Of a stretch of 64,000 bases of DNA, positions 1-14,500 are shown piece by piece (positions within the stretch are counted from its first letter, which is position 1; each line of letters begins with the position of its first letter). The translations under genes were made by a program, and so were the position numbers. A model generated the notes under the pieces. The model was not told the DNA's origin. It made no database searches and saw only the letters and a list, made by a program, of their open reading frames with translations. Where the stretch lies: contig CM074807.1 of NCBI GenBank assembly GCA_037447605.1, positions 2,242,327 to 2,306,326 of the forward strand. The letters are read 5' to 3'. The stretch comes from Zygnema circumcarinatum SAG 698-1b (Eukaryota > Plantae > Zygnematophyceae).

Positions 1-75
1 ATAGGCTGGCTTGCTAAGAGATTGGTTGAATAAAAGCTAAACGGTTGTCGTACAATGGGTCTGGCTGGCTTGCAG

Positions 76-3000
76 CTTTGATCTTGAGATTACTGTGGAA
101 GCTGACAAGGTTGCAATTGCAAGCGGGAAGTTGTTGCATCGGGTAGGCACTGCCAATCCTTCATTCTCCGCAATGCGTTCACTTTGAGTGTGAGGGCATG
201 CTGATTTATCTAATCAAAGTCAGAAGCTCTCCTTATCCTTGCTGAATGAAGAAGAATGAACAACTATGCGAGCTGTGACAAGGCCATAAAGGTATCACAG
301 CTATGAATTTGATCGAAAAAACTCCAGATAAGAATCTTGACCGCTCAATTTAAGCCAATGTCCATAGTTTAAACTTAGACGCCATCCCTATCGACATTGA
401 AGGAGTTCGCTTTCAAATTGCTAGTGATGGGAAAAGATAGAAAGGAGGATCCGAGGGACTCCCTTGTGAGTGACATAACGTGTACTTCGCGAAAGTGCTT
501 TGATATTATTTTTACGCTTTCTTTCTCAACATGTAGAATTTCCTGAAGTATGCTATTCCACGTACGCTGGAAAACGCTCCATTGTATTTTTTGTGTGAAT
601 GCTTGCTGTTCTGAGAAGTATGGATTGCCCTGTTTCTTTGGCCAGAGTTTTGGCTGGAAACTTTATGCCCTTCTGAAGAGTTTTCCTAATGGTCAAGGAA
701 ATACCAGTTTGGTGCTTAGGATTCGTAAGCCTTTATTTTTTTAGGCGCCTGCCTGGCTCGATACAGATTTCTAGTGTTTTGTTCACCAATTTTCCGAGGT
801 TGAACTGACTAACTTTTTGCTCTCTTTCTAACTCATGGCCCTGCATTAAAAAACAGGAGTTCAAGTAGGCCTATTCACTCTTTGTCAGAAATGTCTCAAA
901 GGGCACAGATCATGGCTGTTTGGTGTAATTGTAGAAATGCAGGTAAGTCATGTTTAACAGCTTCACTATCTAGGGTGGCACCTGGGGGGCAGAGTCATGA
1001 AGTAATTCCGATATGCCCGACAATGTTAACTTGGTGTCTGATTTCAGGATCGTGGAGATCGGGTCCATGTCCTGGCCTATGGGCTGTGCAATCAGTTGAT
1101 TCATGCAGTAATGTGGGTGGCTTTGCTGATGGGGTTGGCAGGTGAGCAGGGGCCTCAAAGGAGAGCTTGTGACCTTTTCTTATCAGTTGAACATTCCGAC
1201 AGCAGCAGAACGCATTGGCATTGTTGTAGCTCCTTTGGAGTTGCTCTCTGATCCACTCGATGGTGCGATACTGCATTTCTGTTCTCCTCAAGACATGCAT
1301 CTCCTCAGCCCAACAGTCGCTGGGTTTCATTCAGCATTCAGGCACGTCAATGACTGCCAAACCTTATCTCTCTCGGCAACAACATGGTACGAGTGTGTAT
1401 GGGCATCAATGAGTGAGTTATGATTCACCTTATAAATCAATAATGTGTCTACATGGTCGATGATGCGGGACAGCCTATACGAAGAGTACCTTGGAGCGCC
1501 ATTTCCGTATGGCTGCTACAAGCAAGTTTTCATTCCAGCAGCAGCTGCCTTATCATCTACTCACATGACAGCATCAATTGCGGTGCTGAGCAGTGACATT
1601 CTCACTGAAGAACGCAGCGTTGAGCAGGTGAGAGATATCAGGATTGAGGATGGCGACTTCTGCTAGAGGATTCGCCTCTGTAATCGCCATCGTGAGATGT
1701 AATTTGTACTTAGTTGCACGACGCGGTGATTTCAGGTGATGGCTGCACGCATCAGGCAGGCTCATATCCTGGCGAAACAATGGTTTGGCGTCTTCATCAC
1801 TCCCGAATCAACAGGCGACAGTGAGTGGCACCACTGAGTGCAAGGCTTTCTGGGGGTGAAGCAATCCAAGGAAGTGGGCTGCCTTGTAATGGGTAACTGA
1901 CAAGTTCCAAATGCCATAGGTATCCCCAGAGTGGCTGCTGGAGGGTCTTGCGGGGTTTCTCCATCACCTGTATATCGCCCAGGAGTTCGGCAATAACGAG
2001 GCTCTGTATCGACGGTACAAGGTGAGAGCTTTTTTTTTCATCTGCGTTATCTTCTTCATGAAACTGTCTCTCTCTAGTTTACGTAGGGAATGTGATAAGG
2101 TCCATCCAAGCACTCAACCTTGAGAACTGGTCTTGTACGATTAAATTCAAATGGTTCACAGACTGCCAAAACCAAAGTTAGTTATGGAAGTTGTTTGAAT
2201 AAGGCGACTAGTTGGTGATATCCTGGAAAAAATCCGCAGCATTAACTTGCATATGCTTCACGCTCCGTTTCAGTTGAATGGCTGCAATGGCTAACCATGA
2301 CCTCCAGAATATACATTTCTCTGATTGAGTATGTTAGATAGTCAGTTGGATGTTTGAACGTCGGTAGTTGTTGTTGATTTGCACCTTTGCTTTCCCTTTG
2401 TGATTGCAAGAAGTATCGCAAGCACCTTGGCACAATTTTTTGCACTGGTATAGCCGGCTGAATTGGCTTCGATGTTTGTCGTCATTTTTCTGGTCGACGA
2501 GAATGCCTGTCAGCCTACACCGGCTTTGCAGTAGCTCAAAATCCAAATCATGATTACTTCAGGTTGATTCTTTGTTCAATTGGTAAAGGTCAGGATGGGG
2601 CATATGTGCTACAACTGTTTGCAACAGCAATGGCAATAGTACGGTTTTGGCGCTTGGAATCAGCTGAATTACCGACTGGTTGACGTTTTTGCTTACAGGA
2701 AAACGAGGCAGTTTGCCAAGCGGATGTAAATGGAGCCCCACCATTAAGTGCAGGTGGGAGCGAGGGAGCTGAGTTGCAAGGAGTTGAGTCCATTGATGCG
2801 AGCGGCAAGCTGCGAGCTTGCAAAGCGGTGAGCATCTTGAGCACAACGATAAATAAACAATTGGTTAACTTCTGCTCCACCATTCAGTGTGTCAGAACAG
2901 CATCCCACATTTTCCTAAGCTTAAGTTTTCGGCGAAGGGAAGTGCTCAGACTGAGCATCTGCAAAGGGGCAATGACATGATGTGCAGCTTGCTGTGGTGG

Positions 3001-6000
3001 AGATGCTTGAAAAGCAGATGGGCCCGGAATCTTTTCGAAAGGTGCACCCATAACGCTTCCTATTTCCTATTTAGGGGCTCTACTGCATTTCCTAAATCGT
3101 GGTAGACTACCGTCTCCTTCCTGCTTACCAACCTCATGGGACGATAATCATTTTTCTTTTTATTGCTTTTAATTTTGAAGTGCTTATCGCGCACACGTGG
3201 CAGCAGGTATTGCAGCGCATCGTGTTGCGAGCACAGGGCTCAGTGCGACAAGTGCGGACATTAAGTACGAGGGAGGTGAGTCCATTTGCTGTCAACTAGC
3301 TGCCTTTCATCGTAATGAACTCAGCTGCGTATGTTGATTTTTCTCTATGTATTGCGATACAAGCTGCTCCATTGTCTTTGCCATGCAGACTTGTCCTCAA
3401 TGGCACATCTAAATTAGCATCTGAGAACTTAGCACTCTCTTGAAGCATGTGGAGATTTCGTTTACAAAAAATGCGGAGTGGAACTCTTTGGGGATTGGGC
3501 CAGTTCCGCCACTTTGCCAACAAACTTGGCAACTTGGAAAGACCTTTCTTGAAAGAATTTTTCAACCGCTGGGTGGAGGCGCCGGGCTGCCCTCGTCTGC
3601 GGTTAGTTTAAGGCTCGTCTGCTTGGATTCAATAGGCCTGTTCCTGTCCTATAATGACATAATTGAGCAGGAATTGTCTGTTACATGGTTGAGGCGATGC
3701 TGATACGACAGTTTCAAGATGTGCTGAACGCCCATAAGAGATCGGAAGGAACAGGGCTGTCAAATTAGGTGTGGTAGAATCATCGTTCTGTAAAGTTTTA
3801 GCTTATCACATAGAAGGACAAGGAGGAATTAGCAGCCATGTCCTTTGGTTTATCACAGTCTCCCTCAGCTATAGTATGCTTGCTCTCAGAAGGCAGGCTT
3901 TGGGTTGGGTGGCTGAAACGGGTAGCAGAATGGCCTATTCCTTTGTGAGACGCCGAAGCGTTGTAGAAGTGGCCATTAAGAGAGAGGCAACCGCTAAGGG
4001 AGATGGTCCGAACGATTCAAGCTGGGTGGGTATGATGACCCTTCGCCTTCATGAAGCTGAGGGGCCCTGCGACCATGCAGTCGTGCCCTTAGCAGGAGAT
4101 TCGTGTCTACTGATAGAGCTGCCCTGCCACTCCCGTCTCCCTACCCGCAAGGGTGCTGCAAAAAAGGGACAGGCTGCAAAGGTTGATACAGGCCCTGATG
4201 ATGACGGCATGGATGGCACACAGCCGGGTGGGGAGAGCAGTAAATTGAGGCAAGTTTTGCTTCCTTTTTGGCTTATAATCGGAAACTTATGGGCAGGACT
4301 TTTGGATGGACACGTAGACAGATTGATGGCTAATGGTAACGTTGCATGTGTTGACTTGCAGCGCCGACCAACCCCTGTTATGGCTTCGTGCTGATCCCGA
4401 GAGGGAGTATTTGGCAGATGTGCGCGTGCAGCAGGCAGCAAGCATGTGGGTGAGTGTGAGCTGCAACCCTTGCCAGGATTTATAACGTAGTCATAGGTTG
4501 CAAGCTGCAAGATGCTCACTCTTTTGTGATAACCCTGAGGTTGAGGGAGGAGAAAGCGGAGAATTAGTCTGACAGTAGTGTGTGAATGCGGCCGTGCAGA
4601 TAGCACAGCTCGAGAGGGATCGGGACATTGTTGCCCAGTTGGATGCAATTGCAGCGCTGAGCAAGCGACCATCGTTTTCGAGCCTTAATGCACTTCTTGC
4701 CTGCGTCACAAATCAAAAAGTGGGTATCGTGAAGGCTATTCTCCACATTTAAAATCAAGACCTAATGTTCACTTGTGTATTCTTGAGCTGCTGACTTATT
4801 CTCACAGCAGAGATGTCTGCGTTCTATCTCCTCTCTCTCACTACACCGTCTCTCTCTCTCTCGTGACTCTCTCTCTCGCCCCCCCTCACCCTTCAACAGG
4901 TGTTTTGGCGTGTCCGTGCGGAGGCCGCTTCAGCACTTGCCACATGCTCTCCGGAGGTGAGTTTTTACACTTCTGCATTCAGTTGCTTTTGTGTACTTGA
5001 CATTGGCCAGCTTTTATCAGCTTTTATGTTTCTAACTCCCCCTGAAGTGGAGTACTTGTAATGACACTGACTTCATTCCGGCGGTTGTGCTTTCAGGGAA
5101 GCAGTCAGGCAGGGCTCACTGCACTTTTGCGATACTATCGCGAACAGTGCTTCGATGCCCTCACGGGACTTCCACGGTACACTCGGGCACTCTCCTTCTT
5201 TATTGCCTGTGCCTGAAGATTGGCTGCTGCTTTGCCGTGATTTGTTTTTATTTCCACTCTCGGTTTTCTACAATTGGTTTCTCAATACAAGGAACAACTT
5301 GTTGAGCATCACCTTGGTGGGTGGTGGCAGACCCAATGACTTCAGCAATTTGGCGGACTACCTTGTGAACAAAGTGGGTACCATTTGTTGCCCATGTTTA
5401 AATAGCAATCAGACTGCGAATTCTCCTATCTTTCCGTCGTGGAGGATTTTTAAGTCTTTCGATTGATTTCGTCACAGGAAATTGTGGCCAGCATAGCTCA
5501 AGTGCGAACGGCTGAAGGGTCCAGTCCCACAGAAGCACTCGAGCTACTACTATGTCTGCTCAAGGTGGCCTTCCATTTCCTTATGCCTGCAACCTCTCAG
5601 TTTCACGCTGATATCCTGATTTTACTTCATCTCAATCATGATATGGAGCTTACATCGAGGGAGGTGGGTTGGGAAACAGCATAACGACAATCGGAGTAAC
5701 CGGGTGGATGACTCGCACTGGGTGGCCACTTTGTTGGATGCTGTTGGCAACATTCAGCCTGGGGAACAGGTCTGCTGACCTGCACCTGTGGGAGATTTGG
5801 CATATACAAAGTTTGCTGAAACTTTCAACTGAGAGTGCCTGTGTATGGTGACTGGGGTTGGGCTGGATGGAAACAGCACGCGGTGCTAATTGCTGCTTTG
5901 CTGAAGCAGCTGCATCGATATCTTCACTTTCACAGGTCGGTTATACTGAGAAGCTATAGTTCAGGTAGGCTAAGTATGTCGGTCAGAAGTTCCGTTCTCA

Positions 6001-8145
6001 TCCTTTTGGGTGGGGGGGGGTTGTGGGGGGTTTTGGGAATTGTCGGGTTCAGGCTGGTGCCCACTAGAGACAGTGTAATATGCTGTGCTACTATATTGGC
6101 CCTGACTAACTTGGCAATGCGACTACCGGGGAGTGTTCATGAGGTGAGGAGCAGGGAGAAATAAATAAAAAAATATTTCGTTACTGGGTTAGGGGGCGCC
6201 ATTGGCCTGAGTAGGAGAAGCTTCAACGACCTGAGAAAGAAGGCGAAAATCAGGGCAACTCTTTTTTTTTTTTGTTTCCGATAGACAAATGTAGCTTCAA
6301 CTTCTTCCATTTTATCGCAGTTGTTCATCTCGCTCCATTTTTAAAACCAGCTTGGACTCAGATTCTTGGAGATTCAGAGGTGGCGTAGCGACGCAGGACA
6401 GGTTTCCCTGACGAAGGGCTTGCTGCTGCAGGCACAACGTTTGGAGTCATTGTTGGGGCCAATTGCAAACGGTAGTGAGGGCCACGGTGTGCGCGTACAG
6501 CTGGCAGCAATGCAGGCACAGATCACACTACGCCTGCAAGAGAGGGCGGGGCCGGAATCTGCCCTTCAGTTGGTTTTGCAGCACCTGCTAAAGCAGCCGT
6601 CCCTTTGGGGTGAGCCAAAACGTCACCTACTCCTTTTCGACCTGCCTCAAACTTGCAGTGGTGAGCGATAACCAAAGCTCAGGCAGAAGTCTGCTTGTCT
6701 ACGTTCGTGCTGGTTTGGGAAGTAATACACACTAGTACAGTTATGTGGAACTGGTTTTCAAAGCATCACTGGCATTTGCATCATGTTGAGCTCTGTCTAA
6801 TGACCTTTGTTCGCTATTCTGAATTTGTCAGTAGCAGATAAGGGGAAAGATCAAGGGAAACATCTGACTATTTGGCTTCTGCTACTACCAAAGAGAGTTT
6901 CAATTAATGTACAGAACCTAATTGTTGTGTGTGTTCCGCCTATTGATGCAGTTCAACACAAACTGATAAGTTTTGCAGCCAGAAAGTTCCGGCAGTATCC
7001 TCTGAATGGCAATGGGGAGGAGGCAGAGCGCTTGCGCTTCAATCTTCTTGCTCTGCTGCAGAGCCCTGCTGCTTTCAATAATGCAGGTCTCCGCCATGCA
7101 ACCTTTGTTCTCTTGCAAAGCCTCGCTGGCAGGTGAACTACCACCACTCTCGACCACCACCTCCATCTCCACCTCCTCTTCTCCATCTCCACTCTCCACC
7201 AGCTCTCTCGTTACTCTTCGTTGAATGGTTAGGACGTATGGATTCAACAAAAAGCAAAGAAGAAAGGACCTGAGTTGTGTTCTGGATGGAGGGCAATGCA
7301 GAATGGGTACCCTGTGGAGACGAGATCTCGGCATGCGGTCCCTACAACAGAAGAATCTCACTGTCCGCCTTGCAAGAGTACGACCATCAGATCAGAAGCT
7401 GAATGTGCGGTTCAAGCTGCCCCCTGGGGTTCTGTCAAGTAAAGAAAAGGAAAAAAGGAGTGGCGGGAGTCCAAAACCGGGTTCCCTGCATTTTGAAAAG
7501 GCTCAGGAAGATGCTCGGGTCGGCGTCTTGAAGCTGAAAATGCGCAGACTGTCCTCAGACTCTCAAACGGGCCAAAGTTCTCGTGCTGAGAGACTGGCTG
7601 CTCGCAACAGGGGGGATGGGCAAGTTCCTGCTCCAAATACTCTGCAGGGAACCACAAGTAGTGACACGGAGCTGTCAGTTGGCGCCCCATTGGATGAGAA
7701 ACGAGAGGGTGCTGAAGAAACCCTGCAGGTTTCCCAGTCAGAAGCTCCTCTCCCTGAAGCAAAGGCGGGCTATGCAGGCGAGCAGCAGGCCTTGCCAACT
7801 ACGGAGACTGCAAACATGGACATTGCTGGTGCCTCTTCAGAGGTGCCGGTAACGGAGGTGAAGCCTGACAAACACAAGAAGAGGAAGAGGTCTAGCAAGG
7901 AGAATGAGGGTCAGAAGAAGCACAAGCATAAACATAAGCACAAAAGCAAGAAGAGTAAGCACAGCCAAGAGGAGGTTCACGTTGGGAACAAAATCGCTGA
8001 AGATGAGCCGAGGATGGGTGGAGAGACCGAGGTAGGCGCGCAGGACGGTGAAGAGGAGCTTCAGGCAGGGAGCCAGCAGCCTTTCGGCAACCCGCAACCT
8101 GAGGGTCAGACCCATCTCTCCGGAAGCCCATCCAGTGGCGACTGA
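76..8145 (+). CDS. TAF2: TFIID subunit TAF2 (M1-aminopeptidase-like fold), multi-exon, 5' part lies outside the window
   Basis: Spliced exons give [22 protein letters not shown] (76-142), [26 protein letters not shown] (from 1142), [81 protein letters not shown], all matching plant TAF2 motifs as I recall them. The last exon ends with the Lys/His-rich tail [15 protein letters not shown] and TGA at 8143-8145. Confidence 0.93.
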
Positions 8146-8971
8146 ATTTTCCCAATTGTACAAAAAGTCATCTGTAAGGTAGTCTTTTTTTTGGAATTTA
8201 CGATTCTACAGAGATTTCAAGTTTCATTGCCTACAGGTTCCATTGAGCTTATTATGCTTCACACACCGAGGCAGTGGCAGGTAGCAGCCGGCAGGTTATG
8301 GATGACTGTCGTGTATTTAGTTGCAGATCAGGATAGTGGGTCGTTTGCCTTCCGCATTCGCCTAATGAGAAATGACGGACAGCCATGAGTCGACAGCCAT
8401 GTAGAAGAGGGCGATTTTTTGTGCCAGGCTGCAATATTCTTGAAAAAAGCAAAGAAATTGCTACACTGTTGGGGATTGTAAAATGTGCTCTCGTCTCTCC
8501 GCTGGATGTAAAAAATAGAAATGGACCGAACACATAAAACAATGCATGCACTTATTTCGATTAAGACTGACTGTTAGAAGTACGAAATCCATTAGATGGT
8601 TCAGTGGTAGTTCAGTGGTTCGAAAAGCCAACAAGCCTGAGTTTGCCTGAGTTTGTAATAATGCAAAGCGGAACAGAAGATAAGAAATTGCTCTGAATGA
8701 ATTGGGCTTGCGTTGCAAACATCGTCTCAGAGTGGCCATAAGGGTCCCATCTCCCCTCCTATATCACTGTCAGACCTAGACTACATCTGCAAATAACAAA
8801 GGTCACAAAACTGTTCGATAGACACAGCCTATCTTCAGACCACCCACGGCATGGAGAGATAGCCTGTGACATCCTCCGATGGAGGAATTCGTTTTCCATG
8901 CTGAGGAGGCCCGCCAATAGTAAGGCTGATGTAGTTTTACACCTACTTCGATTAAGGATTTTGAATTGTAT

Positions 8972-10509
8972 TTATGACAAAATCGCCATGACATCATTGC
9001 TCCGCATCACAACATATGGAACACCGTCCTTGTTCTTGAACTCCTGCCCTGCAAACTTGGAGTAGAGGACTGTATTTCCTGCAGTTACTTCCAAAGACTT
9101 CCTGCTTCCATCCTCTCCAAGTGGGCCGGGTCCAACCGCAATTACCTGCATAAATTAAACTTCAAACGTCTTAGGGCACAGCTCCACACAACATAATAAC
9201 TATCGGCAAAATCAGGTTGGCTCCATAGTTATATTTCAGAATCAACTCTTTTAAAGCAATCTACTCGAACTTACCTCGCCGATAACAGGCTTCTCCTTGG
9301 CACTGTCTGTCAAGAGAACGCCGCCTGCTGTTTTGCCCTCAACCTCCAGAACCTGGTACAGCCAAATTCCCATAACAGCCTTAGACAGTATCATAGTGAA
9401 CATGTGCAACACAGTCCACAAAGAACAAAATGTAGATAGCGAAACCAGAAAACAACTAAATAAGGAGAAGAGCTGAAGGATTTGTGAAGTCGGGTGAAAA
9501 AAAAGAGCTCCGAACAGAACAAAGAGCACATGAACGCGCTGCTGAGCTTACCTTAAGGAGCACTCGGTCGTTCAAAGGCTTCAAGTCCTTAACATCGTCA
9601 GTGGCCAAAAGACCGACGACATCATCTTCTTTGAGCAGCAAGTGCTCAGCACCCTTAAACTCCACCTCAGTCCCTGCATACTTGGAGTATACAATATTGC
9701 TCCCTACCTACATCGACAATCCTCAAATCCCTTTTATTAATAGCTCAATGCAGCAAAAAAGTTCCGAAGTTCTCCGTAATTCTTTCTATCGTTTCTACTC
9801 GTCAAATGTATCCGCAATTCTCAGTGATTCTGGTTAATGCTGTGCATGGCGAGCCTCTCTTCTAGTTGACTGAAGCACTGAAGTAAATTCACGAAGTATA
9901 TTGCCTACCTCGATGGACACAGGAATCTTCTTGTCTCCAATGGTTCGTCCTTCCCCGACAGCAACGACTTCTCCTCCCTGTGGCTTGCTTTGCGCAGCAG
10001 CGGGCAGCAAAATTCCACCGATCGTCTTCTCCTCCACTTGGGAAATCTTCACCAGAATGCGATCAGCCAATGGCTTCAAAGTTGTGAACTGTCGAATTGC
10101 AAAGAATAAGAAAGTCAATGGCTGCGCATGAACAAACTGATGCACATTCGCGAAACCTGATTACATGAGCATGCGACACGATTACTCTAAAACTTTAGGA
10201 CAAGGACACTCCCTCCCGCAGAAGCTTATGTCTACAACCCTGATAACTATATCTGCTTTCAAGTCTATGTCCTACAAGCTCGGCAAGTCTCACGACCTGA
10301 GTGGTCACAGTTGCAGCAGCCGCCTTGACAGTCAAGGCCCGACGACTCCCGGCTCGCCGAGGAACAACCACGTCAGAAACACATCCAGCGCGACGGAAAC
10401 CAGAGAATGTAGCAAAACCTGCGGAGCTTGCAGGTGCCAAGGAGCTGCGAGTATCTAGCAGCTTCTCTGACACCATGCACGAGACACCGGCTCTGACTGC
10501 AGCTGCCAT
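8972..10509 (-). CDS. CPN20: Chloroplast 20 kDa co-chaperonin (tandem GroES domains) with transit peptide
   Basis: ATG at 10509 (MAAAVRAG... Ser/Ala/Arg-rich transit peptide), then two GroES repeats: [40 protein letters not shown] and [47 protein letters not shown]. Stop TAA at 8974-8972. An AG acceptor just upstream of the ATG implies a 5'UTR intron. Confidence 0.95.
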
Positions 10510-11551
10510 GTCTGGCAAAACCCTTTCAAGGAATCAAAAACCCTCTTTCCACAAGCCTGAAGCGTCCCTCGGCTTACTCAGCAAGTATGTCGAAGTTAAG
10601 TTCCTGACAAAGGAAGCGAGCAAGCGCTGTTACAAGCAGCTGACAGTAGCAGCCTGCGTGCGATGCTGGAGAGCCCCTTTGTAAAGCGGAAGGAGAGCGC
10701 GAGAGGGAGAGGTGGCTGGAGTGGGCCACGGCTTCCAGCCAGTTCGCGAGGAAGCGGGGACGATCGGACGGCTGAGAGCGCCGCGATGCGTCGGCGGCGG
10801 GGCCCGCGGAGGCTTCTAGAAGGCGTGGCCGCGCCAAAAGGGGGAGGATGGATATTGGATAGCCTGTGGGGGGGGGCCTTGGGTGCCTTGGAGGGGCTGG
10901 CTGGAGGGGCCTGCTGTTGGAGGATGGGGGGGAAAGTATGGGCATGCTGGAGCTTCACGGTTGGCGGAGGGAGTAGGGGAAAAGGAGTGAGCTTGTAGGG
11001 AGCTTCATTACTTTTGTTGAAATCGAGTTTGTTTGATTGGGATGGAGGGGGAAGTAAGCGGCGCTGAGGGACTTCGTTGGCGGATGTGATTGCAAAAATG
11101 GCCTTCTACGCTCGAGCTCACGATTGATTGAACATGCTGGAATGCTTGCTACTTGCCGCTCCTACCATCAAATCATGCCCGTGTTTGAAACATTTTCTCA
11201 CATTGTGGGATCTTGACCAGGAAGCATCGACCAACTACTACCTCACACCCCTTCTCACAGCCAACAAGGAGAAACTTGAAATTTTGAAATTTCGAAAGGA
11301 TTTCCAAAACTTCAAAAACCCTGATGAAAGATGTCTCATTGTGCGAAGGGTCTGGCACTCTTGGCATTAACGCTAGGCAACTGTGCTCGTCAAAGAGCAG
11401 CTTGACTCAACTTGGACCCTCGCCCTGGACACCTCTCGCACTAGTCTAAATCTTTTGCTTTTGAGCACATTCACCGTTCAAGCGACTCTTCAATAGAGAC
11501 AACACCTAAAAAACCTAAAAAAAATCTTCTTCGCATGGGAAAGGGGCCCGC

Positions 11552-14500
11552 TTATCGAGTCGGCTGCTGGTTGAGAGCCACCCCTTTGTGGCCAACAAGG
11601 CGAATGCTATCTCCATATTTGGCTATGAGAGAGACTTGGGACCAAGGGAAATGCTGGACAACAAGGGCAGCCAGTGTCCCCGTTGCCGAGCGGAGTTCTT
11701 CGTCCTTCAAGCTCACCCTCGATGGCTTCGGAAGTGCAAACAGAACTCTGTTCACGTCCTCATCCACGTCCAACTCGTACACTTCGTCAAACACCTGCAA
11801 ACAGTCCTTTACGTTTCTTCAATAGTGAGTGGGCAACCAATCATGCATGAAGTAAAACTGGTCAGGGTGTGTAGGAGAGCTATGAAAGACATTGGGAATT
11901 GGTTGAAACAAAGTCTCGAAACTTAGCGCCTGTCCATTTTACACCTCCCAACTACAAGGAGGCCGCAGCTGCAGAGTTCCGACATGCATGCATTTGAAAG
12001 TGAGCGCAAGCAAGCAGAAGCCGACCTCCGCCAGAGCCGCTATTGCAGCCGCGTAGGGCCCCGCGCTGCGCGCCACAACATTGAGAGCGAGCGCCCCTTC
12101 GGGCCGCACCGCCTCTCGCGCCGCCCTTAAGAAGGGGCCGCGCAGGAAGGCGGGGGGGGGGCAGCTCAGGCCGCTCCTGCACAAAAGAGCACAGGGTCAC
12201 CCGGGATTAAGCTTACAGGCACATCGGCTGGACAGAAAGAGAGAGAAAGAGAGTACGAGAGAGAGACCTATAGCGAGAGAAGCACGTTATGGAGATAAAG
12301 ATTGCAAGGCTACTGGAAACTACAGTTTTGTTTGCGGCTGACTTGGCCGAGAACTTCTTGTATCTCGTGTGGAAGATGTTTGAGAAAAGTTCAAGTAGGG
12401 GTATGAGGTAAGTGAGATATGAGCAACCTGTTACGTTACCTCTCAAGGTCATCCGAGTCCGCATCAACAATAAGGAGGTGCAGCCGGGGATCTGCAACCT
12501 GCAGCTTTGGACCTTGCCCTTGTGATTGTGCAGACGAACCGTTTTCCCCAAGCTTCAGTTTTGCCAACCTGCTCTCTATCCTACCTGCTTCCTCCCCAGT
12601 CAGTGGAGGACTTTGGCCATGGCAGTCTACGCCGCCATGGCTCCCCTTCAAGGCCTCGCCGGCGGGCCCCTCTTCCCACTGCTGTGCAGCAATGCTTGCG
12701 AGCGATTCCACTGCTTTCAGACCATCGCCGACTTCCACCTGCGATTGCAGTAGCCAAGGGCAATAGCAGCCCAAGTCATTTCAAGGAGAGTGAGACAAAC
12801 GAGCTATGCATATGGGAGGTGTGTGCACATCAACCACTTTTTCAGGAAACAGAACGTTCCAAGTCCAGAAACTGTGGTTAAAGTCGAGTTTCTGACGAGG
12901 AAAGATTACTATCAAACAAATGCAATATCTAAAGGGGCAACCGGGCTTGAAAGACAACTGTCGTGATTGACCTATTTTCCATTTTTCTAAACATCCAATT
13001 CTGATTGAAGAATAAAGACACACTTCTGTAATGCACAAGCCCACAAGAAGAAGCCATTAACAAACAGAAAGGGGTCACCACGGTCTGAAAATGTACTGTC
13101 AGTGAGGTCCGCAGCCACCCCATAGACACATAGACAGTTTGCTCTACCTTGGAATCCATGTAAAATGGAGCAATCTGACACACTGGAATATGAGAAACAC
13201 TTGTGCAGAAAGAGCAGCATGATCCACCTGCAGGTGGCTATCAGGGAGAAAGCCGAAGTGCCTTTTCGCAAGGCCTACCACCACAGGATCCAACTCCACC
13301 ACCTGCACAGCTACTCCCTCCATTTGCAGTCAAATCTCGTTATCCTTCCGCATACATCGCATGCTCTGGAGGTATTCCTAAACTGAACAAGCATGGCTGC
13401 TTCTCATTGGTCCCACGTCGCTGCACATTGGTCTTCACTTCACAGCATGATGTCCAGACCACTGCTTGCGGTCAAGAAACCATGTCGCAATTCTGCAATA
13501 CTGAACTGCTTAAGACCCGTTCTTTCGCCTGTCGGACCTAAATTACAGGTAGAGGAGGGAAGCAGCAATTAGCTCCGGCTATTCCGGCGAAAGGTGAAAT
13601 GTACCGTTGTGCGCAGAAACGGCAGATGGCGGCGCATGAACATGGGCAGTGCGCCCCCACCCAGTCCTATGAGCATGGTCGCCGCCTGGCCAAAGGGAGG
13701 CAGGGGGCATTGGTTACTGCCTGACTACCACTAGCCATGCTTCCATGCGGCATATTCCCAAAAACTGCAAATCCCACCTTGCGGTTTACCTGAATGCCAT
13801 ATTACTTCATAAGGTTCAGATAGTTGCTTGCTGTCCTCGTCAGCGGACTTGTAGATGCATGAAACTACTGCTTCCTCGCAAAATAACTTCAGATGTCTCT
13901 TAAAGGGCGCACGGCACTACTTAATCGTGAAGACTCCGACGACTCGTGCAGCCTAATGGTGATTAGAAGGCAGATACATGTAAACCTCAGTCTTTAGAAC
14001 ATGTTGAAAGACTCCCAGGCAGGGGGGGTTGGTGGGCATAAAGTGAATGTTAGGCCTTACTTCTGCGTTTGTTTCAACAATTTCAGCGAGTTGCGGAGCC
14101 AACAGCGTAAGCCCCGCTATCATGGCGATGTGATAGTCACTTGCCAAATAGCTATGGTCAATAGCTTCTGGAAGATTTCCTTCCCCTGAACTTTGTGTAC
14201 TCCCTCTGTATGAGCTCGTTCCATGCTCTTCTACAGACTCAGAGCCTTCAGGTGTCTTCTTCACTCCCCCCTTCTGCTTCCTCACACCTCCTTCATCCGT
14301 CTTGAAAGCAGCTTCTGATTGTATGAGATTAAGGCTACGTTTAAAGACTAAGCGCCGGAGTTTACTTCGACCTGATGACGGATCATTTGGGGTGAGCTCT
14401 ACATCTTCAACAAGTAGACCGCCACTGAGAGGAGACTCCACCTGCACTTCCCCACAGACCACTCCAAAAGATTGGAATTTGGTGCCTCATGTTCTTCAAT

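Noticed and set aside
1684-1699. 16-nt match TCGCCATCGTGAGATG to the dispersed repeat inside a TAF2 intron
   Set aside because: It has no flanking similarity, and a single 16-mer match is not convincing on its own.
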